DNA of 64,000 nucleotides from an uncultured virus (IMG/VR IMGVR_UViG_3300009132_000003) (IMGVR_UViG_3300009132_000003); one strand, 5' to 3'; positions 47,941 to 57,914 are shown, counted from the first letter of the stretch. The notes: a model not told the origin generated them from the sequence alone. Translations and numbers: made by a program.

Positions 47941-50900
47941 GGTAATGCTCCTATACTATCATATATAGCAAAATCTGATACATCAGAATCAAATGTATAT
48001 TGAGATTCAGTAGCAGTGGAATCTAGTTCGCTTAATGATATAATATTATAATCAAACACAGAAGCACCAAGAATTTTTACTCCAGCCTTATCACATATTA
48101 CTTCTATTGATGATATTGTACTTTTTTCTTCAGATCCAGGCGACGAAAAGAACAATGGTTTAGAAGAATCACTGGAATTTACTTTTTGTGGAGAAAAAGA
48201 TATAACTGCATCATATTCCCCTTGGCTATCATAATGATTTAATATATTGGCATTCTTATGCTTTTTGACTAAATAATCTGTTTCAGTAGAGTCATAGCCT
48301 ATATCAACTCTTTTTCTATGCTGAATGGCTTCGTACTTCCATTTTATTGGTTGATTTGAATCATCAGTATTTTGAAGGGCAATCCGAATTCTATAATCAT
48401 TTCCACTATCAAATAATGTAAGTGCAGAATCATAGATATTTTCAATTATATTATAATCATCTCCAACACCCCTATCATTAAAATTAACAATACTTTGTTG
48501 TGAAGATTGTGTAACAGCCACTGGTTCTTTACTTGTAGTAAACCAGTTTTTATTTTGACCTTCAACTGGACTAAAGTTATTTGATACAATACCAGTTCCA
48601 ATCACATTTACGTCGTTATTAGTTGGTATTGCTACATCATTTGCTGTGAAAACTCTATCTTCTGAAACTCTAACATGATCCGCTGTCGGGACATTTGTTC
48701 CAATAGAATCAGCTAAACGAAAATCTTTAATAATTGTATTAGCTTCAACAGGGTCATCTATAAATGTTCCACTTGATGTTTGAAATATTTTCTTATTTCC
48801 AATTAAAACTTCCATGTTACTGACAGTTTTATTTGTAGGTAAAAAATTACTTATCGTAGCTGAAATAGTATTATCGTTATAATATTCTACATTATTATTA
48901 TCAAATTTTAATCTATGATAAGTCCAATCTTGTTTATCTATAGATCCATTGTATATACGATTATTATTGTGTAATAAATCGCCTTTAGTTGTAACTTCAA
49001 GTATAGTAGGACTTTCACCTGTTGATTTAATTAACAATTCAGTATTAGCACCAACAGCATTAGATGAAAATATAGGACTTCTTTGAGTTGAATCGTTTAT
49101 AGTAAAATTTGAATCATATGCAGCAATGCTTCTTACATGAAAGTTTTTCATATAACCTTTAAAATTCTTTTTAGTTACAGAAAAATCTGTACTACTCATT
49201 TTTATATCTTTTTCAATTAAACCAGTTTTAGTATGACCAAAACTATTACCTTCATCATAGTCATCAGTAAATAAACTACGATTTAATACTACAGTATTTT
49301 GTTGTCCTCTATAGTCTGCAAGAACTGCTCCATCATAATTTGTAAATACACATTCATTAAATATCTTACTCGATGGTTTATATCGGTTATCATAGTTAAA
49401 TGAAAATTTTTCGTTATCAAAATCAAAAATCGTTTTATGACAAGTAAAACCATTTGAGTGATTAGCTATAGCTGTTGCATAATTTTGCATACTACCGCCT
49501 ATGGAATTTCTTTTAAATTTTACAAATGAAATTCCACTATTTTGTGATTGTGATAGACCAAAAATAGGTCTATCTCTTTGTGATGATGTAGGTGTATAAT
49601 TTATTACTACATCATTAGGATTTGAGGTTTTACCGCAAATAAGAAAACTTTTTCCACCAAAAGGATTATATGTGCCATTACCGGAATTTCCATATGTAGG
49701 ATCTTGAATTGAACTTAAAGAATATGTTCCAGAATCTAATAATAAAGCATCTCCATCACTAATAGACGAACCACTTATAAGTGTTGTTAAATCACTATCA
49801 CTATGAGTGATAATAGAACCACCTGTATTTGCAATATATGAATTTGCATATGATGTACCGGTTTCGTTTTCAATATTTAATTGTCTTTCTCCAGTGCCCA
49901 CTGTGATAGATTTATTTTCAAGTTTCTCCATTTTCTTAGGATAGTAACGAAGAGCGTATGGCCAATTATTAGTTTCTTGTGGCCAATTCTGAAAACTAGA
50001 ACTAGAAAGAAATGCACCATCTTCTGGAATTGTAATTCCTAAATAACTAGCATTTGCTCTGTATATTTCCATTGGATCGAAAGCCCAATCGTCTTTATTA
50101 AATACAAATTCCACATTTGCGCTAGCGTCATATGGCTTTAAATTATATCTATCTTCACCCCAGTTTTGTATTGCTATTTTAAAACCACCACCAGCAACTG
50201 GAGCACTAAAGCCCGTAAACGCACTTGAGAGGTTTCTTCTTACATGACGACCATCTTGGAAAACAACAATTTTATTGTTTCTAGTATCAATAAAATAACT
50301 ATATATCCTACCGTCGGTGTGACCTCCATACCACTGGGTTTTATTTAGCACCGGCGCTAAATATATACCTCCATTAGACGATGTTGGCCTAATATTAGAA
50401 TTTCTAATATATTCTCCTCTCCAATTCGTTTCATAAGTATATTCAGTATCATTAGGTGAAGTAGGTAAGCCATCCCAACCTGCGTCTACAATAGATACTC
50501 CAGCATCTGTATTAGGATATGGATCTGTTGAAGATCCTTGTGTTCTCCCACCTATCCATTTTGATTCAAAATAATAAATTTTATTTTGTGTTGTGTCTAT
50601 AAGATCACCACCAGTAATTACGAAATAAGACCATCTATTATTAAGACTAGTATTCATTCTAATGTTACCACTAGGTGTTATTGTAGTAGCATCTTGAAGA
50701 GTCTCATGATTAGCAGCTGAAATATTATAATGATATGGCTGATATGTTATATCTCCTGAGGATATAGGATATTCTGAAATATATTCATTAGTTCCTTGAT
50801 CAGCCCAATCCGTAAAGCCTGAAGCAGCCGAATCAACTCCTACAAAGACGTTATCAATAAATAATTTTATAGTTCCGGCGGTATTATCATAGATCCATGA

Positions 50901-51881
50901 AACAACATGATAATCACTATCACTTGGAATTGCAGTAGTTGAAACACTCAAATTATCTTTAGTCAATGTTAAAGCTGGATGTGTTGGTGCATTAACCATA
51001 CTTAAGGTAGTTTGATTACCAGTCTTACCCAGTGAAAAAAGATCAGCATTTACGGGAGTTGAAGGGAAAAATACTTTTGCTTGAAATGTTGCATCTTTAT
51101 TTGTTTCAAAATTATTTAAATATAAACTACCAGCTTGGTGTATATAATTATTATCCATAACTATATCTTTTTCAATACCATTATGGAAATACTTATGATC
51201 CCACCCATCGTATGATAATGCGTTGTGTTCCCATGTATCATTAGAAAAATTATTAGGTGTTGTAAATTTAAAATTCACATCGTTAAAAATAATACCTTCA
51301 TTAGACCATCTTAAACACCCAGGTATGTCAGTTATAGTTTGGTTACCTACTGGATTTTGAATAGTATTAGTCCAAGCTTCAATTGTATATGGTATAAATT
51401 CTTGCGCAAAATTAACTAAAGATTGTCCAGCCGCTGATGTTATTGAAGAATTGTGCCCTGGAAAATGGATACTTGCTGCATTAGCTTCTGGATTATTTAG
51501 TGTTTCCAAAGGTGTAAATGTATATGCAGCAATTGAATCAGATATAGTTAATGGAACAGGAAATGTTGAACCGTCAACTATCGATGAAACATTACTATCT
51601 AAATAAAAACTTAATAGAGAACTACCAGATGGAGAATCAACTGAATAGCTAAAAAAGGATATACTAAAATCATCATTTACATTATTTGAAAGATGACTAA
51701 TATTTGTAGAATCAACATTTAAATATGAAAATCCATCAAAACTATACGAGTATGAAGAAAGTGTACTTAAATCTAAAAACTGTTTTGTTTCACCTGTTTC
51801 TCGCACAAATGCAATATCATCAATATTTGCATTAATTGGCGCTGGTAAACTATCAAGATTATTATATATTGCTAAAGTCAT
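47937..51881 (-). CDS. Large fibre protein with LamG/ConA-like lectin domains
   Basis: YTIEAW, W.H.A..YDG...YF.NG, F.GYM.NF motifs; TATAAATA at 52021-52028. Confidence 0.65.
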   Translation of the reverse strand: MTLAIYNNLDSLPAPINANIDDIAFVRETGETKQFLDLSTLSSYSYSFDGFSYLNVDSTNISHLSNNVNDDFSISFFSYSVDSPSGSSLLSFYLDSNVSSIVDGSTFPVPLTISDSIAAYTFTPLETLNNPEANAASIHFPGHNSSITSAAGQSLVNFAQEFIPYTIEAWTNTIQNPVGNQTITDIPGCLRWSNEGIIFNDVNFKFTTPNNFSNDTWEHNALSYDGWDHKYFHNGIEKDIVMDNNYIHQAGSLYLNNFETNKDATFQAKVFFPSTPVNADLFSLGKTGNQTTLSMVNAPTHPALTLTKDNLSVSTTAIPSDSDYHVVSWIYDNTAGTIKLFIDNVFVGVDSAASGFTDWADQGTNEYISEYPISSGDITYQPYHYNISAANHETLQDATTITPSGNIRMNTSLNNRWSYFVITGGDLIDTTQNKIYYFESKWIGGRTQGSSTDPYPNTDAGVSIVDAGWDGLPTSPNDTEYTYETNWRGEYIRNSNIRPTSSNGGIYLAPVLNKTQWYGGHTDGRIYSYFIDTRNNKIVVFQDGRHVRRNLSSAFTGFSAPVAGGGFKIAIQNWGEDRYNLKPYDASANVEFVFNKDDWAFDPMEIYRANASYLGITIPEDGAFLSSSSFQNWPQETNNWPYALRYYPKKMEKLENKSITVGTGERQLNIENETGTSYANSYIANTGGSIITHSDSDLTTLISGSSISDGDALLLDSGTYSLSSIQDPTYGNSGNGTYNPFGGKSFLICGKTSNPNDVVINYTPTSSQRDRPIFGLSQSQNSGISFVKFKRNSIGGSMQNYATAIANHSNGFTCHKTIFDFDNEKFSFNYDNRYKPSSKIFNECVFTNYDGAVLADYRGQQNTVVLNRSLFTDDYDEGNSFGHTKTGLIEKDIKMSSTDFSVTKKNFKGYMKNFHVRSIAAYDSNFTINDSTQRSPIFSSNAVGANTELLIKSTGESPTILEVTTKGDLLHNNNRIYNGSIDKQDWTYHRLKFDNNNVEYYNDNTISATISNFLPTNKTVSNMEVLIGNKKIFQTSSGTFIDDPVEANTIIKDFRLADSIGTNVPTADHVRVSEDRVFTANDVAIPTNNDVNVIGTGIVSNNFSPVEGQNKNWFTTSKEPVAVTQSSQQSIVNFNDRGVGDDYNIIENIYDSALTLFDSGNDYRIRIALQNTDDSNQPIKWKYEAIQHRKRVDIGYDSTETDYLVKKHKNANILNHYDSQGEYDAVISFSPQKVNSSDSSKPLFFSSPGSEEKSTISSIEVICDKAGVKILGASVFDYNIISLSELDSTATESQYTFDSDVSDFAIYDSIGALP

Positions 51882-52019
51882 AATATTTTAAATCAACCTT
51901 TGATCAACAATGAACGTATAGTTAAATCATAAGAAGAAACATATGAAACAGCTAATTTTTTTGTCTGAAAAAGTATTTTCCTTGCCATGCCATTTATCCT
52001 ATAGATTTAAAGCTTAGTA

Positions 52020-52295
52020 CTATTTATACTTTTTTTCTAAATCGTCTAAACGGCTTTCAATAGCATCAATCTTTTTAGTGATTTTTGGATATTTCTTACG
52101 CCAAGCATCTTCTGGTTGTTCTAGCCAAGTAAGACCCCATCGTTCAATGAGATAATCTAAAAACAGATCAAGCTTTGCATAAGCCCAAAGACCAGCTCTT
52201 GTTTCTTTAAAATAAGCCAAAAAAGCAGCACCAAGTACTGCTCCTGCTATTGATGTATAAATCCAAAGTGTATCTGCAAATAATCTTTCTAACAT
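52020..52295 (-). CDS. Small membrane protein downstream of the spanins
   Basis: N-terminal TM, C-terminal coiled coil. Confidence 0.6.
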   Translation of the reverse strand: MLERLFADTLWIYTSIAGAVLGAAFLAYFKETRAGLWAYAKLDLFLDYLIERWGLTWLEQPEDAWRKKYPKITKKIDAIESRLDDLEKKYK

Positions 52296-52302
52296 ATTAT
52301 CC

Positions 52303-52698
52303 CTATTCTATTGTGACTGCTTCGTCTAATTTTTTCTCTGCTTCTTGATAATATGTTTCATAGCCAGCAATAATTTGCTGTTGCTGTTGTACCATTGCTC
52401 TAATATCACTAAAGTTCAATGCAAGATTTTCATAGCCTTTACCAGTAAGAGCAAATAATCCTACAGTTTGACCAGATTCTTTAATTTTTTGTATTTCTTC
52501 TTCAACGTTTTCTTCGTTAAGAACAATCCATTCAATTGCTCTAATATTTATTTGATCTACCTTTGGTAAAACTAATTTAGGTTTATCAATTGGTTTCGTC
52601 GATATCGCTATTTCCTGTATCGGTTGGTTCTGTGAGCAAGCCCCTAGACTTATAATCATCATAAAGCCAAGGGCACTCACGGTTAAAGTCTTTAGCAT
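52303..52698 (-). CDS. Outer-membrane spanin (Rz1-like lipoprotein)
   Basis: Signal peptide with lipobox LGAC; overlaps the i-spanin 3' end. Confidence 0.75.
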   Translation of the reverse strand: MLKTLTVSALGFMMIISLGACSQNQPIQEIAISTKPIDKPKLVLPKVDQINIRAIEWIVLNEENVEEEIQKIKESGQTVGLFALTGKGYENLALNFSDIRAMVQQQQQIIAGYETYYQEAEKKLDEAVTIE

Positions 52699-53104
52699 TT
52701 TCTGCTCCTTTTTCCTTATCAGTTAATTCTGCGCCACTTAATAATTCAAAACACCTTCCAGCGTTTGCAGATCCTCTATTTACTTTAAACTCTATATCAT
52801 CAGGATCTCGTGCTGCCATTACACTAAGATCAATACCCGCAAGTTTACCTGATAAAACATTGTTTTGTTGTCTTATACGAGCAAACTCTGTATTGACTCT
52901 TGTTAATTCTTCATTTGCTTTTTGAAAATCTGCTTGTAATGATGCCATTGCTTCCTCTTGTTGAGCAGTAGCATCTTTCAATTGTTGATTTTGTGATGAG
53001 AGTAAGATAATTTTATTTTGCATATCTGTATATGTTTTATATGCAATAAATCCACCTCCACCAATAGTACCAATAACAAATATTAAAAGATATAATCTAA
53101 GCAT
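52586..53104 (-). CDS. Inner-membrane spanin (Rz-like)
   Basis: N-terminal TM, long coiled coil, two C-terminal Cys. Confidence 0.75.
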   Translation of the reverse strand: MLRLYLLIFVIGTIGGGGFIAYKTYTDMQNKIILLSSQNQQLKDATAQQEEAMASLQADFQKANEELTRVNTEFARIRQQNNVLSGKLAGIDLSVMAARDPDDIEFKVNRGSANAGRCFELLSGAELTDKEKGAENAKDFNRECPWLYDDYKSRGLLTEPTDTGNSDIDETN

Positions 53105-53732
53105 TATCTTTCATAAAACCGCGGAATCTTTTGAGAACAACCGGAGGTTTATCCTTTCTACGTCTTTTATCCGTCACATTAACAGGTTTAAACATTGCTG
53201 TTGGTGGCATTGCAACACTTCCAGTTGTAGTTGATTCGGTTTTTCCCATATTTTGAAGTTTAGTGCGGAGATTAATATTTCCTTTAGAATCTAAACCAGG
53301 GTGGTGTTTCTTAATCATCTTTGATAAATGATTATTAGCTCTTGTTACCCTGGCTTTATTTCCTCTATAGTTATAGTCTGAAGCCATATCATCAGCCGCT
53401 AATGTTTTCTTATATGCTTTAACAACATCAGGGTGTGGTTTAATATCTTCATTTACTGATTCAAATTTAAATGTGCTTGAATAATCGGCAACTTTTTTAC
53501 CGTTTTTATATTGACCTAGTTTCATAGCCATTTCTTTGGCATATGCTTTAGGGCTATATGTATCTGCCCACTCCCATTCTTTACTACGAGTATCCCATTC
53601 CATTACTTTCCACTCACCTTTATGACGAATATTATGATCATATTGTTTTTCAACTTTAAAACGACGACCGGTAGGAAATTTAATTTCTACTTCTCCATCA
53701 GGACCCGCTCTTTTCCAACTAGGTGGTTTCAT
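53097..53732 (-). CDS. Putative internal head protein (modular)
   Basis: Basic modules separated by FESVNE / TES Glu sites. Confidence 0.5.
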   Translation of the reverse strand: MKPPSWKRAGPDGEVEIKFPTGRRFKVEKQYDHNIRHKGEWKVMEWDTRSKEWEWADTYSPKAYAKEMAMKLGQYKNGKKVADYSSTFKFESVNEDIKPHPDVVKAYKKTLAADDMASDYNYRGNKARVTRANNHLSKMIKKHHPGLDSKGNINLRTKLQNMGKTESTTTGSVAMPPTAMFKPVNVTDKRRRKDKPPVVLKRFRGFMKDNA

Positions 53733-54316
53733 CGGATAAGTTCCTCTATAGTAAGATATATCTTTTGTTTAGTACGAATATGTTCTGCTTCATAAATGTG
53801 TAAACCGAATATTTCACCAACAGGATAAGATTCTGGTAATACTCTTATCTGATCTTTTGTTTTTACAAGCTCTTCAATTGTACTATTTACAACTTTATCA
53901 TATTTTAGTCTATATACACCCGGAGACAACATATAGTCTTCTAATAAAAACCATTGACTATCTTCATTTAAAAAGTCAAATGGATTATGGCCAGTTTCTT
54001 TTATGATTTTTTTAATTGAAGCATCAGATAAATCTAGTTTTTCTTTTATAAGATATAGAGCGGCAGCATAAGAGGCCACGGATGATTTACCTCCAGGAGC
54101 TTTTGCAATTAATTTTTTTACATTGAAAACTAATCTATGGAAAGGTGTATATGCGCCTTTCTTTTCTCTATCATCTAACTTAACAGATTTAATTCTTTTT
54201 CCGTTTTCATCTATAATACCAAGCTCAAATGCTTTAGTTTTTTCAAATGGTGTCACAAGAAGCGTGAGAAACCGAAATGTATAAATTAAGTCACCGGCTC
54301 TTTGAAGCATACCCAT
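53729..54316 (-). CDS. Conserved hypothetical protein of T4-like phages
   Basis: LVTPF.KT.AFELGIIDE.G, AYTPFHRLVFNVK, SYAAALYLIKE. Confidence 0.7.
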   Translation of the reverse strand: MGMLQRAGDLIYTFRFLTLLVTPFEKTKAFELGIIDENGKRIKSVKLDDREKKGAYTPFHRLVFNVKKLIAKAPGGKSSVASYAAALYLIKEKLDLSDASIKKIIKETGHNPFDFLNEDSQWFLLEDYMLSPGVYRLKYDKVVNSTIEELVKTKDQIRVLPESYPVGEIFGLHIYEAEHIRTKQKIYLTIEELIR

Positions 54317-54318
54317 AA

Positions 54319-55245
54319 TTAAATATCCTTAAATTTTCGTGATGCTTTAGGTTGAATTGCAAATCTGGCACCCTTAACACCAAAATTATTTCTATCGCCC
54401 TTGTATATTGCCATAAATACTGGCGCATAATCTCCAGTCATAATATCACCATTTACGGATGTATGATTAGACTCTAGTTCATAATAGGTTTTAGATTTTA
54501 CTAACTTTACGGGACCTTGTAAAAGAATGGTTACATTTTGTCTGCCTAATACTCCAGTTTTATATTTGTTCCCATATACTGACATACCCATAAGATTTTT
54601 ATCTTTTACTGGTCTTCCAACAGTAGTTGCTCTTGGCATAACTCCACCAAATTCTTTTTTTACATCATTAATAAATTCCTGTGTTTCTGAGTGTGAAGCT
54701 ATAAGTGGTTCGGCTCTAGCACTCATTCCACCCCACTGTTGAAAATCTTTTGCTTTAGATCCATCTTTATGTGATATCCAAACAACTTCAACACCCTTAT
54801 TATTTAAAAGATGAAAATCTGATTTAGGTGTTCCTGGTGTTGTAGCTGCTCCAGAAACAGCATAATACTTATTACCAATTTTAAGTTTTAATTCCATTAA
54901 ATTGGTTTTAGATAATTCATCTTCTATTTGTTTTTGTAATGAAGCTAATTGTGCATCTTCTTTTGCTGTTCCCCCAACACCAGATCCAGGTTCTGGTTTT
55001 ACAAATAATAAAATTCCTCCAACAAATTCTACTACGGGTTTTCCTGCATTATTTCCGGTCGAAACTAAAGCACCACCTAGTCTTGATGCTATTTTATCGG
55101 CAACTTTCATTCTATTTTTTGCTGGAACAAAAATTTTAAATCTTTTAGCTGATATATTTTTTAGATTTCTATAGCCCATTCTAATTATAGACTGCCTATA
55201 ATCTTCTGCTGTTTCTTCTTTAAGAAATGTTGAAAATCTTAACAT
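54319..55245 (-). CDS. PD-(D/E)XK restriction-endonuclease-like protein with a capsid-targeting-like N-terminus
   Basis: MLRFSTFLKEE; E...TPKSDF...WISHK. Confidence 0.55.
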   Translation of the reverse strand: MLRFSTFLKEETAEDYRQSIIRMGYRNLKNISAKRFKIFVPAKNRMKVADKIASRLGGALVSTGNNAGKPVVEFVGGILLFVKPEPGSGVGGTAKEDAQLASLQKQIEDELSKTNLMELKLKIGNKYYAVSGAATTPGTPKSDFHLLNNKGVEVVWISHKDGSKAKDFQQWGGMSARAEPLIASHSETQEFINDVKKEFGGVMPRATTVGRPVKDKNLMGMSVYGNKYKTGVLGRQNVTILLQGPVKLVKSKTYYELESNHTSVNGDIMTGDYAPVFMAIYKGDRNNFGVKGARFAIQPKASRKFKDI

Positions 55246-55613
55246 TATATTTTCCTTAATGCTTCTACTACTTTTTCATCCATACTAATACCCGTATATT
55301 GATCATTCTTAATATGACGTAGAAAAACTAAAAAGGGTTTAATCACGCTCCAATGTCTATCATCTAATTTATATTCTAATAGTTTCAGAGATGCTTCAAT
55401 ATCAAATGCATTAAAAATAACAATAAGATGATTTAGTATCAATCTTTCAGATAATTTACCACTATCTAAATATCTATTCACTAATCTCTTAACATATTTA
55501 AACCTATTTAAGTCTTCATAAAATTCTTCAACATCAATACACTTCGGGTTATAGTAATTCTTTATTGCATATAACATAAATGTTTCTTCATTCAATTCAT
55601 TAAAAAGTTTCAT
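55245..55613 (-). CDS. Conserved hypothetical protein of T4-like phages
   Basis: F.LYAIK.Y.NP.C....EFYEDL.RFKY.KRL, ERLILNH..V.FN.F. Confidence 0.7.
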   Translation of the reverse strand: MKLFNELNEETFMLYAIKNYYNPKCIDVEEFYEDLNRFKYVKRLVNRYLDSGKLSERLILNHLIVIFNAFDIEASLKLLEYKLDDRHWSVIKPFLVFLRHIKNDQYTGISMDEKVVEALRKI

Positions 55614-55626
55614 AGAATATTGTTAT

Positions 55627-57552
55627 TTACTTTCCATCATTTTTAGGCACTGTTTTATCGCCTGGTGCATCGTTAGTCTTTCCACCGCCCGCTTTTACTC
55701 CTGATGTAAATGCAGCAAAAGTTTTTGGTAAAACTCTATTTACATCTGCATACTCTGGAGTTTCAACGTCGTGCATATCTACAAAATCTTTTTCGCCTTT
55801 ACGTGTTGCAAGTTGTTTGTCATATGTATCACGAGTTGCATCATCAGACTTATGATTACCTGTAGGTGTTGATGTTTTGGTTTTAGCATCTTCTGCTTCT
55901 TGTAATTTTTTAGCTTGTAAAGCATCTAACCAATTTTCACGATTTACGCTTTCATAAGCTGCTGCTGTTCGTTTTGTCACTGGTTCCATCCTTGTTACTG
56001 TTTTACCATCTACGTTTACATTCACAGGCCTTTTATCTGCACTACGAACTGTTTTCTTGCCGCCTTTTGGTGCAGGTAAAGTGTTTTCCTTTTTATCCCA
56101 AGGTGCTTTTGGTAGTGTTGGTTTTTTCTTAGGTGGTTTAATACTAGCAAGAGCCCTCTTAATATCTTTTTGACTTAGATATTTTTTCTTTTCTTCCACT
56201 GATTCTTTTTTCATTGAAGCTTTATATAAATCAACTGCTTGGGCAATCTTTGGATTTTTCATCATGCGCTTTGATTCAGCAGCATCTGGATTATCACATA
56301 TCATACGAACAGTTGGTTCGTCTACATTATTCTTTTTAACAAATTTCTTATATGCATCAAACTTTTTAGAATCTACAGTTCCGTGGCCAAATTTATTTCT
56401 CATTGGAGTCATACTACGAGAAATTTCATTTATAGATTCATTTTGTTCAACTGATTCTTTTTTAGTTGAGTTATGAAGACCATGTTTATATTCGCCGCGC
56501 GCTAGAGCATCTTTTGCTTTTTGTTGATAACCCTGTTGATGCGGCTGACCGACACCTCTATGAAATACGGGAAGCTTATGATAATCGTGACCGTCTTTTT
56601 TAGCTAAATGCTTAGCAAGTTGATGTGTATAGTAGGCACCGCCATCATCTTCTTTGATAGCATCAATAGATGCAGCCATATCACCCACAGCAAATGTTAC
56701 TTTACCATCTCTATTATAAAGAAATCTCTTCACGCTTGTAGGACTATCTTTTCTTGCGAGTGTAATTTTTTCAACACCATTTCTTAGTGTATTTTTTGAT
56801 TTAACAATATATTCAATAAAATCCTTACCTTTTTCTAAGGTAGAACTGTGTTTTATTTTTACCGTAGCTTTTGGTTTTAGTTTATTAAAAACCTTTAATA
56901 GTTTAGGGTCATTCATTTTAAGTTCACTCAGTTCATCAAGTTCTACTGATTCATTTTTCAGTCTTTTCTTTATTGTGGCTTGAACACGATCATCTTCTTT
57001 GTCTAGTGCTTTGTGTGGATTATAAATTTTTGGGTTACGATTTTTTGATCCACGACCTTTTACAGGTTTATCTGGCGATGGATTTGCTCTCGCTGCCTTT
57101 ATTTTATCGTAAAGACTCGTTTCATCAACTTGCGCTGATTCTTTTCTGCTTTTCTTACCATCACCGTCACAAGATGATTCCACTTTACTTATATGATACC
57201 CTTTATCATCACAGTGAGCACAACCTTTTCCTTCACACTTAGGACATGGAACTTTTTTCATACCCGCTTCTTTTTCATCATTACCATCTACTTCAGTAGA
57301 AGCTTCTGGTTCATCTTCTTTAGCTTCTTTTTGTGTATCTGAATTAATTGCTTTAGCAGCATCTTTTTTCATAGTAACTGGATATTTCTTTCCACCAAAA
57401 TCAAAATGTGATTTACCCGCTTTATGTGCAGCTGCAGCTGCTCCATGAAATGCGGTTCTTTCGTTTGCCGGCACATCTTCAGGAATAATAAAATCATATC
57501 CTTCTAATACACTTAAGTAGGCGCTGGCCAATGTTTTAAAATTAAGTTCCAT
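55627..57552 (-). CDS. Putative internal head polyprotein
   Basis: Highly charged; repeated K/N-E-S-V-E motifs; CPKC.GKGCAHC zinc finger. Confidence 0.55.
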   Translation of the reverse strand: MELNFKTLASAYLSVLEGYDFIIPEDVPANERTAFHGAAAAAHKAGKSHFDFGGKKYPVTMKKDAAKAINSDTQKEAKEDEPEASTEVDGNDEKEAGMKKVPCPKCEGKGCAHCDDKGYHISKVESSCDGDGKKSRKESAQVDETSLYDKIKAARANPSPDKPVKGRGSKNRNPKIYNPHKALDKEDDRVQATIKKRLKNESVELDELSELKMNDPKLLKVFNKLKPKATVKIKHSSTLEKGKDFIEYIVKSKNTLRNGVEKITLARKDSPTSVKRFLYNRDGKVTFAVGDMAASIDAIKEDDGGAYYTHQLAKHLAKKDGHDYHKLPVFHRGVGQPHQQGYQQKAKDALARGEYKHGLHNSTKKESVEQNESINEISRSMTPMRNKFGHGTVDSKKFDAYKKFVKKNNVDEPTVRMICDNPDAAESKRMMKNPKIAQAVDLYKASMKKESVEEKKKYLSQKDIKRALASIKPPKKKPTLPKAPWDKKENTLPAPKGGKKTVRSADKRPVNVNVDGKTVTRMEPVTKRTAAAYESVNRENWLDALQAKKLQEAEDAKTKTSTPTGNHKSDDATRDTYDKQLATRKGEKDFVDMHDVETPEYADVNRVLPKTFAAFTSGVKAGGGKTNDAPGDKTVPKNDGK

Positions 57553-57565
57553 CTGTGTTATCTCC

Positions 57566-57844
57566 TTACATCCAGATCTGAGTGGCTATAGCGCCAGCTG
57601 CCGCCACAATCGCGACCCAAAATAATTTGTTTATAATTCTAACAGTATGGGCATTTTCATCTACTTTCTTTTCAATAGCATCCAGTTTTTCAGAAAACTT
57701 ATTCATTCTAGCCCAAGAATCATCTCGGTACTTATTATAAGTTTCCATTTTTTCTTCTACTCGAGCAAGAGTGACAAGTGCTTCTGCCATCTTGTCCATC
57801 TTATTTTCTATACGTTCTAAACGTGTTGTAGTATTTTCTGCCAT
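57566..57844 (-). CDS. Coiled-coil protein with a C-terminal TM helix
   Basis: RLERIENKMDK...LARVEEK; TATAAATA at 57886-57893. Confidence 0.6.
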   Translation of the reverse strand: MAENTTTRLERIENKMDKMAEALVTLARVEEKMETYNKYRDDSWARMNKFSEKLDAIEKKVDENAHTVRIINKLFWVAIVAAAGAIATQIWM

Positions 57845-57914
57845 TGATCATTTTGCCCATACAATTTAGTAAAAGTAATTAGTTATATTTATATAAAAAA
57901 AACATTGAAGTATA

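Noticed and set aside
51882..51993. Possible phase-variable A7 tract in short ORFs upstream of the 1314-aa fibre
   Set aside because: An in-frame TAA three codons before the fibre ATG prevents fusion for any single indel; only 13- and 31-codon ORFs result
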